Positions 55,418 to 64,000 of a stretch of DNA of 64,000 bases are shown piece after piece. Made by a program: the position numbers and the translations under genes. The notes under the pieces are model-generated. The model was not told the origin of the DNA. It ran no database searches and worked only from the letters and a program-made list of their open reading frames with translations. The stretch spans positions 21,204,001 through 21,268,000 of the forward strand of contig OX597821.1 in the NCBI GenBank assembly GCA_951406725.2, read 5' to 3'. Within the stretch, counting starts at the first letter, position 1. Each line of letters begins with the position of its first letter. This DNA is from Octopus vulgaris. Lineage: Eukaryota.

Positions 55418-55446
55418 AAGAAGAAGAAGAAGAAGAAGAAGAAGAA

Positions 55447-55664
55447 GAACTGCTCATATCCTACGCAAAATACTTTCTATGTAATCTCAAGGTTTAAAAC
55501 AAACATTTTATTTTTAGACATCCACTAGTACAACACAAAAAACAACCAAATATATGGCACACTAGGCATAACAACAACGTGAACTTCCAACCTGTTGTCT
55601 CTTGAGGTCTCTGGGTGAGACTTGGAGCCAACTTGTACAAATATAAAGCAAAAGTCAAACATAG
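55447..55664 (+). mobile_element. Extreme 3' end of the same Dong/R4 family as 56335-58742
   Basis: gaactgctcatatcctacgcaaaa...aaagcaaaagtcaaacatag matches 58512-58742. Confidence 0.9.
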
Positions 55665-55702
55665 AATGATAATAATAATAATAATAATAATAATATTAAT
55701 AA

Positions 55703-56163
55703 ATGCCTTGATGTAATACCAGGCGTTGGCTCTCATGGCTTCTGATTTCAAGTGATCGGAATTGTTATCATGCACATGCTTTATCTTCTAAAAGATGGGC
55801 TACAGCAAATAGTCTGCTCAGTACCACATATTTGCTTTTCAGTTCTTTGACATTAACCAGTTCTGCATATCTCTTAGTGGCTGACAATAATGAGTATCTC
55901 TGATCTCGAGTAGCAAGACCGGGGAAGCATTATAGCCATGTGTTGAGAGTAGTTCTCTGGAACCGTATTTCATTCAGCATCATTAAACAACCATCATTCA
56001 GGGACCTTTTGTATGAGAGAGGTTATTCGACCTGAAAAAATTTATGGTTGTGATTCATGCGTCTGGCGTACACCTATAAGATCTGTAGTCATGATGGGTA
56101 TATTAGGCTTCTTATATTTTGTACGCCAGTGTCACTTTGATGGCATGTACTGCTCCCTCACTC
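55703..56163 (+). mobile_element. (AAT)n-associated ~555-bp retroposon, diverged copy with both ends
   Basis: Starts atgccttgatg, ends ctccctcactc; (AAT)n on both sides. Confidence 0.8.
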
Positions 56164-56182
56164 AACAATGATAATGATGATG

Positions 56183-56228
<46 letters not shown>

Positions 56229-56245
56229 CAACAACAACAACAATG

Positions 56246-56334
<89 letters not shown>

Positions 56335-56335
<1 letters not shown>

Positions 56336-58741
56336 CCTTCCCAGAGAGCCATGAACTGCTAACAGAACTGTACAATGATGTCTTGCAACACCCTTGTAGG
56401 ATGCCTCCTTGGCTAGTTAATGGGTTAACATTCCTGCTTCCAAAAAGTGAAGAAACAAATGAACCAAAAAACTATAGACCCATAACCTGCTTAACAACTA
56501 TGTACAAAACGCTAACATCTGTCCTGACGGAATATACCTATAGTTTTTTAACAGACAGCAGCATATTCCCTAATGAACAGAAATGATGTAAACGAGGATC
56601 CTACGGCTGTAAAGACCAACTACTCATCAATAAGATGATCTTAGAAGATTGTCACAAACGACACAAAAACTTATCAATAGCCTGGATAGACTATAAAAAG
56701 GCTTTTGATAGCCTACCACATAGCTGGTTTAGGAAATGCCTGGAAATGTATAAGATAGCACCTATTCTGCGAAACTTCTTGACTGTAAGTATGAGATCAT
56801 GGAGAACCACACTAACTCTGAACAGTGACAATGAATCCCTAAATGCTGGTGATGTAAAAATTTCGTGTGGCATTTTCCAGGGTGACTCACTGTCACCACT
56901 CCTCTTTTGTTTATCCTTAATACCTCTCTCAAGGCTGCTCAATGACGCGCAGTACGGGTATAAAATGTTTGATAAAAATATAAATCATCTCATTTACATG
57001 GATGATTTAAAGCTTTTTGCAAAAAATGACCAACAACTCAAGGGCTTACTAGCGATAGTCAAACAATTCAGTGACGACATCAGAATGCAATTCGGCCTCG
57101 ATAAATGTGCAAAAGCTACCTTTATCAAAGGAAAAATGACAGAAACATCTGACGTTAACCTTGACCAGCAGAATGTCATAAAAGAACTAGACCCAGCGGA
57201 GAGCTACAAGTACCTAGGGGTAATTGAAGAGGACGGAATAAGGCATTCAGAGATGAAGGAAAGGATCAGGAGAGAATGCTATCGAAGAGTGAGAGCAATA
57301 CCCAAGACAGAGCTGAATGCAAGAAACAGGATCGAAGCGATCAATGCATTAGCCATACCAGTCGTTACTTACAGTTTCAATATTGTTAACAGGTCAATTA
57401 CTGAAATATGTCAGCTCGACAGAAAAATAAGGAAACTGTTGACAATGCATAGAATGTACCACCCTAAGGCAGATACAGAACGACTCTATCTGCCAAGAAA
57501 AGAGGGAGGCCGTGGTCTTTTGCAACTGGCAATAACAATGAAGATTGCTACAATTGGCCTAGACACCTACCTGAAAAACTCTGAGGACTGGATGTTAAAA
57601 CTTGTCTCAAAACATGGAAACAAGAAAGCATCATACTCAGTCACAAAACAGGCAAAGGAATATCTAAGTGAATTCCGAATACAACCAATTTCGGAATTAG
57701 AGATAGACATACAAGAAACAAACACAGAAAAATCTAGGCGCATGAAAACACGTGTCAAAACTGCGGCCTTAGATATTCTGAATAATAAATGGCAAGAAAA
57801 ACCTCTCTATGGCAAACACCCAAAGAGAGCGAATAATGCAGATATCGACAAAGCCCTAACCCATCAATGGCTAATGGCCTCTGACTTAAAATCTGAAACA
57901 GAGGGGTTTATCATAGCAGCTCAAGATCAACGCCTACCAACAAGAAACTACCAGGCCAACATATTAAAGAACGGCAGTAGCCCAACATGTCGTGTATGCC
58001 GACAACAAAATGAAAGCATTGATCATGTTGTCTCCAAATGCAGTCTTCTAGCACCTACAGAGTACCTCAATAGGCATGATAGAGCTGCACAATATATTCA
58101 GTGGGTAATTTGCAAAAACCTGGATTTGCCCCATGAAAAAAACTGATGGGAACACAATCCACCTCCAGTGCTTGAAAATGACCACATCTCACACCTCTTC
58201 ACCATTCGAACTGACAGGAAGATAGATGCAAATAGGCCAGACATCATATTGAAAGACTTCAGACAAAGAACATGCCTCCTCATTGATATGACTGTCCCAA
58301 TCGATATAAACGTATCTGTCAAGACCTACCAAAAACTGAGCAAATATAAAGATCTTGAAATAGAAATCAGCAAAATGTGGAAGCTGAAGACTAAAACAAT
58401 ACCTGTTGTCATAGGTGCCCTGGGAATGATAGCGAAAGGGACTGATTGCTACCTAACTCAGATACCAGGAAACCCCAAAATGGCAGAAATTCAAAAGATA
58501 GTGCTCATGCGAACTGCTCATATCCTACGCAAAAATACTCTCTATGTAATCCCAAGGTTTAAAACAAACTTTTTTTTTTATTTCTTTTTTTATGTATTAG
58601 ACATTCACTAGTACAACACCAAAAAAAAAACAACAAAAAAACCCAAATATATGGCACAGAACTTCCAACCTGTTGTCTCTTGAGGTCTCTGGGTGAGACT
58701 TGGAGCCAACTTGTACGGACATAAAGCAAAAGTCAAACATA

Positions 58742-58742
<1 letters not shown>
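56335..58742 (+). mobile_element. Dong/R4-type non-LTR retrotransposon, 5'-truncated, RT + zinc knuckle + RLE
   Basis: NYRPITCL, WIDYKKAFDS, GIFQGDSLSPLLF, IYMDDLKL, YKYLG, RKEGGRGL, CRVC..HVVSKC, RHD, NRPDII; premature TGA at 56584 and 58144; (AAT)n on both sides. Confidence 0.95.
56635..58146 (+). CDS. Reverse transcriptase (503-aa open segment of the R4/Dong ORF, not a complete gene)
   Basis: RT motifs including YMDD; bounded by in-frame nonsense mutations. Confidence 0.85.
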   Translation: MILEDCHKRHKNLSIAWIDYKKAFDSLPHSWFRKCLEMYKIAPILRNFLTVSMRSWRTTLTLNSDNESLNAGDVKISCGIFQGDSLSPLLFCLSLIPLSRLLNDAQYGYKMFDKNINHLIYMDDLKLFAKNDQQLKGLLAIVKQFSDDIRMQFGLDKCAKATFIKGKMTETSDVNLDQQNVIKELDPAESYKYLGVIEEDGIRHSEMKERIRRECYRRVRAIPKTELNARNRIEAINALAIPVVTYSFNIVNRSITEICQLDRKIRKLLTMHRMYHPKADTERLYLPRKEGGRGLLQLAITMKIATIGLDTYLKNSEDWMLKLVSKHGNKKASYSVTKQAKEYLSEFRIQPISELEIDIQETNTEKSRRMKTRVKTAALDILNNKWQEKPLYGKHPKRANNADIDKALTHQWLMASDLKSETEGFIIAAQDQRLPTRNYQANILKNGSSPTCRVCRQQNESIDHVVSKCSLLAPTEYLNRHDRAAQYIQWVICKNLDLPHEKN

Positions 58743-58822
<80 letters not shown>

Positions 58823-58823
58823 T

Positions 58824-59810
58824 CATTAACTGGTCATTTACTGAAATATCTAATCTTGACAAGGAACTACCAGGCCAACATATTAAAGAAGGGCAGCTTC
58901 CCAACATGTCGTATATGCCAACATCAAAATGAAACCATTGATCATGTTTTCTCCAAGTGCAGTCTTCTTGCGCCTACTGAGTATCTCAACAGGCATGATA
59001 GAGCTGCACAGTACATTCACTGGGTATTTTGCAAAAACCTGAACTAGGCCAATCATGATATTGAAAAACCTCAGCTAAAAATCATGCCTCCTCATTGATA
59101 TGACTGTCCCAATTGATATAAACGTATCTGTCAAGACCTACCAAAAACTGAGCATGTATAAAGATCTTGAATTAGAAATACAGAAATTACCACGATAGGG
59201 TAGGACAGTATTTACATTGGAAAATATGTAAACAGTACAAAATCGGCACTGCTTCTAACTGGTATAAGCATCATCCTGAGCCATTCGTTGCAGGTATAAA
59301 TTTCACCAGCTTCTGGAATTTTCCACTCAACACCTACAAAACGATCCTGGTTAATCGGTGAGTCATAATTATTAAATGCGAAGAAAATTTGTGTAAACTA
59401 ATATATGTAACTGTTCCTATTGACAGAAATATGTCTGTAAATTAATTTGACAAACTGGAAATTAAAATACAAAAGATGGGGTATCTTAGAGCAAAAACAT
59501 TTCCTATTATTGTAGGTATGATAAAAGGGATATCTGAAACTACTAGACAACATCCCAGGAGACCTATGACTCAATGAAATCAAAAGCATTGTGCTTACAA
59601 GTACTGCTCACGTCCTTAGAAAAACTCTATCAGTATGAATATTCGTGATGTATTATATGGAAGTATTACACTACTGCTCAAGCCACTTACCCTCTCACCA
59701 GCTTTCCGTTATAATGTAACATCTCTTACAATTTACTTGCCCCCAAGACGCTTGATGTTTCTCGGCAAAAGATTGCAATAAACATGCAGATTAAAAGTAA
59801 GTAGCAAACA
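58824..59810 (+). pseudogene. Further R4-type 3' fragments (58824-59180 same family; ~59405-59810 a different family)
   Basis: TRNYQANILK..CRIC..ETIDHVFSKC..RHDRAAQYIHW; KTFPIIVGMIK..IQSIVLTSTAHVLRKTLS-like segment. Confidence 0.75.
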
Positions 59811-59872
59811 TAATAATGATGATGATGATGATGATGATGATGACAATAATAATAATGATAATAATAATATTG

Positions 59873-59950
<78 letters not shown>

Positions 59951-59951
<1 letters not shown>

Positions 59952-60504
59952 TGCCCTGATGCAGTACCAGGCAGTGGCTCTCATGGCTTCTGATCTTAAC
60001 TGATTGGAAGTGTTATCATGTACATTGTTTTGTCTTTGTTTAAAAGATGGGCTACAGCAAATATTCTGCTCAATACCACAGATTTGCTTGTCAGTTGTTT
60101 GACCTTAACCAGTTGAGCATGTCCCTTAGTGGCTGACGATATGTGCATCTCTGATCACGAGCAGAAGTAGTGGGGAGCATCATGGCCATGTGTTGAGAGG
60201 GATTCTTTGGGGTTTGAATAATTCACCTCTGGAAACATAGGTGTTTCGTTCAACATCCTAAAGCAACCCTTATTCAGGGACCTTTGAGCAGGATGGGCTA
60301 CTCAACCTGAAGAAAATTCTAACTGGGCCCCACCTGCAAGGTCATGTGCTGTTTATCTTGATATGAGATCACTATATCGCGCACATATGGTTGTGATGCA
60401 TGTGCCTGGTGTACCTTTATCAGACGGGTAGTCATGATGGGTATATTGGGCTTCGTATATTTTACCCCAGTGTCACTTTGATGGCATGAACTGCTCTCTC
60501 ACTC
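59951..60504 (+). mobile_element. (AAT)n-associated ~555-bp non-coding retroposon, apparently full length
   Basis: atgccctgatgcagtaccagg...ctgctctctcactc, flanked by (AAT)n; six copies in the window. Confidence 0.9.
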
Positions 60505-60556
<52 letters not shown>

Positions 60557-60557
<1 letters not shown>

Positions 60558-61103
60558 ATGGCTTCTGATCTTAACTTCTCATGGCTTCTGATCTTAACTG
60601 ATTGGAAGTACATCATGTACATTGTTTTGTCTTGGTATAAAAGATGGGCTACAGCAAATATTCTGCTCAATTCCACAGATTTGCTTGTCAGTTGTTTGAC
60701 CTTAACCAGTTGAGCATGTCCCTTAGTGGCTGACGATATGTGCATCTCTGATCACGAGTAGAAGTATTGGGGGAGCATCATGGCCATGTGTTGAGAGGGA
60801 TTCTTTGGGGTTTGAATAATTCACCTCTGGAAACATGGGTGGTTCTTTCAACATCCTTAAACAACCCTTATTCAGGGACCTTTTGAGCGGGATGGGCTAC
60901 TCAACCTGAAGAAAATTCTAACTGGGCCCCATCTGCAAGGTCATGTGCTGTTTATCTTGATATGAGATCACCATGTCGCGCACATATGGTTGTGATGCAT
61001 GTGCCTGGTGTACCCTTATCAAACGGGTAGTCATGATGGGTATATTGGGCTTCGTATATTTTACCCCAGTGTCACTTTGATGGCATGAACTGCTCTCTCA
61101 CTC
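60557..61103 (+). mobile_element. Tandem second copy of the ~555-bp retroposon, slightly 5'-truncated with a short 5' duplication
   Basis: catggcttctgatcttaact is repeated at the start; same 3' end followed by (AAT)n. Confidence 0.9.
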
Positions 61104-61107
61104 AATA

Positions 61108-61185
<78 letters not shown>

Positions 61186-61186
<1 letters not shown>

Positions 61187-61619
61187 AGTGCTCCCGTTCT
61201 ATAACGCTGGTGATGGGATCCAAGAAATCGAATCCCGTTCTATCCGGGTCGCGGATTCACGGGTAAGAGTGGGCAGGCGATAATAGAAGAAAATGAGATA
61301 TTTGGTTTGAACTAAAAACACATTAAATCAAGTTTAACATTAATCATATAATACCAACAAATTATAAAATATCGTGAATTACAGTACTTTACTCTCTTTT
61401 ACTCTTTTACTCTTTTACTTGTTTCAGTCATTTGACTGTAGCCATGCTGGAGCACCGCCTTTTAATCGACAATTCGACCTGGAGACTTATTCTTTTGTAA
61501 GCTCAGTACTTATTCTATCGGTCTCTTTTGCCGAACCGCTAAGTCACGGGGACGTAAACACACCAGCATCGGTTGTCAAGCAATGCTAGGGGACAAACAC
61601 AGACACACAAGCACACACA

Positions 61620-61659
<40 letters not shown>

Positions 61660-62449
61660 AATACGACGGTCTTCTTTCAGTTTCCGTCTACCAAATCCAC
61701 TCACAAGGCTTTGGTCGGCCCGAGGCTATAGTAGAAGACACTTGCCCAGGGTACCACGCAGTGGGACTGAACCCGGAACCATGTGGCTGGTAGACAAGCT
61801 ACTTACCACACAGCCACTCCTGCGCAACATTAAAAATATATTTACATGGTTTACTTTCGTAAGTAGTTACTGTTGACTCTAAAATAAGAATTTTCAATAA
61901 ATACGTATGAAATGCTTTTGCATTGCAATTCATATGCAGTCAACCAGACTTAAATTTTCATTTACTGATAGAATTTCCTCTGAGGAATTGTGTATTCATA
62001 CGGATTTTTTTTTAAATATCTGCAAGATAGCTTGAAATTGTAATGGATGAAGTGTAATATGGTCTCCCTATTATATAAATCGTATCTCCAAGGTGTTAAT
62101 TACTTCCTTTAAATATTAATTTGTTTGACTCTTTCGATCCCTTTGATTGGCGAAGCATCTTCAAACAGTCCAGTCAAACGCGCTCACCGGTCAAAAAGGC
62201 GTGGTCTTTATCACAAAATCAAAGAAATTACGCACACAAAACATGTAATTAGCACCCGATTATATGGTAACTGACTGCAATATTTTCAAGCTGTTGATTA
62301 AGATATGTATTTTGTTGAAATTCGCCGAAATTCTGCATTCAATCAAGGTTTTTGCAAATTGTGAGCCATAATGAGGGAAATTCTGTTTCAAATTATTAGG
62401 GGCCCATCAAACCACCCGCCTTATATGCGGCGACGCATTATAAACACGG

Positions 62450-62450
<1 letters not shown>
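61186..62450. mobile_element. Non-autonomous pogo/Tigger-like DNA transposon, right end lost in (AAT)n
   Basis: TA|CAGTGCTCCCGTTCTATAACGC left end; related subterminal motif gggcccat..ccgccttatatgcgg..cgcattata at 62400-62450. Confidence 0.5.
61386..61825 (-). mobile_element. SINE family 3, full length
   Basis: Complete head-to-tail match to 29605-30028. Confidence 0.92.
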
Positions 62451-62531
<81 letters not shown>

Positions 62532-62547
62532 TAATAATAATAATAAT

Positions 62548-62761
62548 TCTTTTTACTTTAGACACAAGGCCTTACGTTTGGGTGGGAGGGGACAAGTCGA
62601 TCATATTGACCCAATACTTGACTGGTACTTAAATTATCAACCCCAAAAGGATGAAAGGCAAAGTCAACCTTACTGGAATTTGAATTAAGAACGTAAAGAG
62701 AGACGAAGTACCACTAAACATTTCGCCCGGCGTGCTAGCGATTCTGCTAACTCGCCGCCTT
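62548..62761 (-). mobile_element. SINE family 2, tail b
   Basis: Head ggcggcgagttagcagaatcgctagcacgccgggcg on the minus strand. Confidence 0.8.
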
Positions 62762-63124
62762 AATGATGATGATGATGATATTAATGTGTGTCTCTCTTTA
62801 CTAAAGATCTGCCATTTTGAATACAAAATGTCACATCATTGGTAAGGAGAGACACACAAAAAAGAAAAAAGAAAGCAAAGATCACTGACGAGGACACAGA
62901 CGTGTGACGAAAGAACTCTGGCCGAAATACAATTAATATAAAAATAAAGCTGACGTAAGTGAACACCAAATATATAGTGCGTTTCACATCAAGAATCTTG
63001 CAAAATGAATATATAAACGTAATAATAATAATGATAATAATAAGAACAACAACAACAGCAACAGCACCAACAACCCCATCAACAACAACAGAACAACAAC
63101 AATAACAATAACAATAACAATAAC

Positions 63125-63225
<101 letters not shown>

Positions 63226-63239
63226 TCCTTTCTTTATTC

Positions 63240-63860
63240 ACCACTGAGGATGCACATAAAAAAGTCTGGGGACTGTTCAGAACAATATAACACATATAGA
63301 ATGGGATTCAATAACAAATAAATCTCCAAATGTAGGAGAGGTTCAAAAACTGCTCGTAAAACCATACAAAAACCACGATTGGCCTGACCTCTAGGGCAAG
63401 TGCTTTCTCCACTTCATCTGCCTCGATCTAGAGGTGCATGCTAAGAATAAGCCAGTTCAGATAGGTCATTCGCTGTATATTCATCCACCTTTTAATAAAA
63501 TATCTTGGAAGGAACAATTCCCTTCCACCCTCATTTTCATTTTCAAGGGAATCTTATAGCAGTTGATGAGGCCTTGGCCAAAGAGAAAAGTGTCTGTCTT
63601 CAGCCCTTTCAATGTGGTCCACCACAGGTATCTACATTTGGGCGAGGTGTTGCTGAAATGCCGTAACCTGCTCCGGCTCGAGTACTATGTGCCCATTTTG
63701 GTCCACCAAATACCGAATTGGTGCTTTCTTGTCTTATTGTGCCTCTGCCACTGGGGATCATCGAGGGGGCTTTCGTTTCTCTTCTCTTCGAGCAATCACG
63801 CAGCTCTCACAATACAAACTTCGTGACTTGAGTCAATCTCGCAGCCAGCACATCGGTTAC
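63240..63860 (-). mobile_element. L1/Tx1 3' remnant
   Basis: Reverse complement of 63480-63630 aligns with 48900-49050 (WWTTLKGLKTDTFLFG..RVE..FIKRW). Confidence 0.55.
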
Positions 63861-64000
63861 AATGCCTTTCCTAAGCTCCTCTCTAAAGTTTTTTTTATTT
63901 AAAGTTCCCTTCTATTTTATTTCTTTCTATCATTAATACCTTACTAAACCTAAGCGATTCTACTCTAATTGCCTTTTTCAGGACAAACCACAATTTGTTG

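Noticed and set aside
59951-60030. Possible HDV-like or hammerhead ribozyme at the 5' end of the 555-bp element (CTGATG)
   Set aside because: CTGATGC lacks the A9 and GAAA arrangement, and I could not build an HDV double pseudoknot by eye; an RNArobo search would settle it
62800-62960. Exon-like segment with gtaagg/gtaagt donors
   Set aside because: No sustained open frame; could be UTR but cannot be supported from sequence alone

Overview
Eukaryotic, very AT-rich, repeat-dominated DNA, almost all intronic or intergenic. It is most likely octopus (inferred from tRNA-Arg-headed OR1/OR2-like SINEs, dense (TA)n/(AAT)n microsatellites and Dong/R4 LINEs). Most ORFs in the track are microsatellite artefacts. 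Real content: three tRNA-derived SINE families (>20 copies); Dong/R4-type RLE LINEs inserted in (AAT)n, including a long 5'-truncated RT+RLE copy at 56335-58742; a decayed HERO-like LINE beside or inside a Penelope-like element; Tx1/L1, CR1 and Tc1/mariner remnants; a hAT MITE; a pogo-like element; and one credible host coding exon (46026-46364, +). The most interesting signal is a set of hammerhead-ribozyme motifs in short non-coding inserts within or beside (TA)n tracts. The best is a near-perfect ~130-bp palindrome at 50470-50600 carrying a well-formed type I hammerhead, with a second core on the opposite strand. Other notable items: SINE dimers/trimers with a fixed junction inserted as single events, a ~555-bp non-coding (AAT)n-targeting retroposon, and a probable assembly artefact at 42757-44405. 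All calls were made by eye, and boundaries of decayed elements are approximate.
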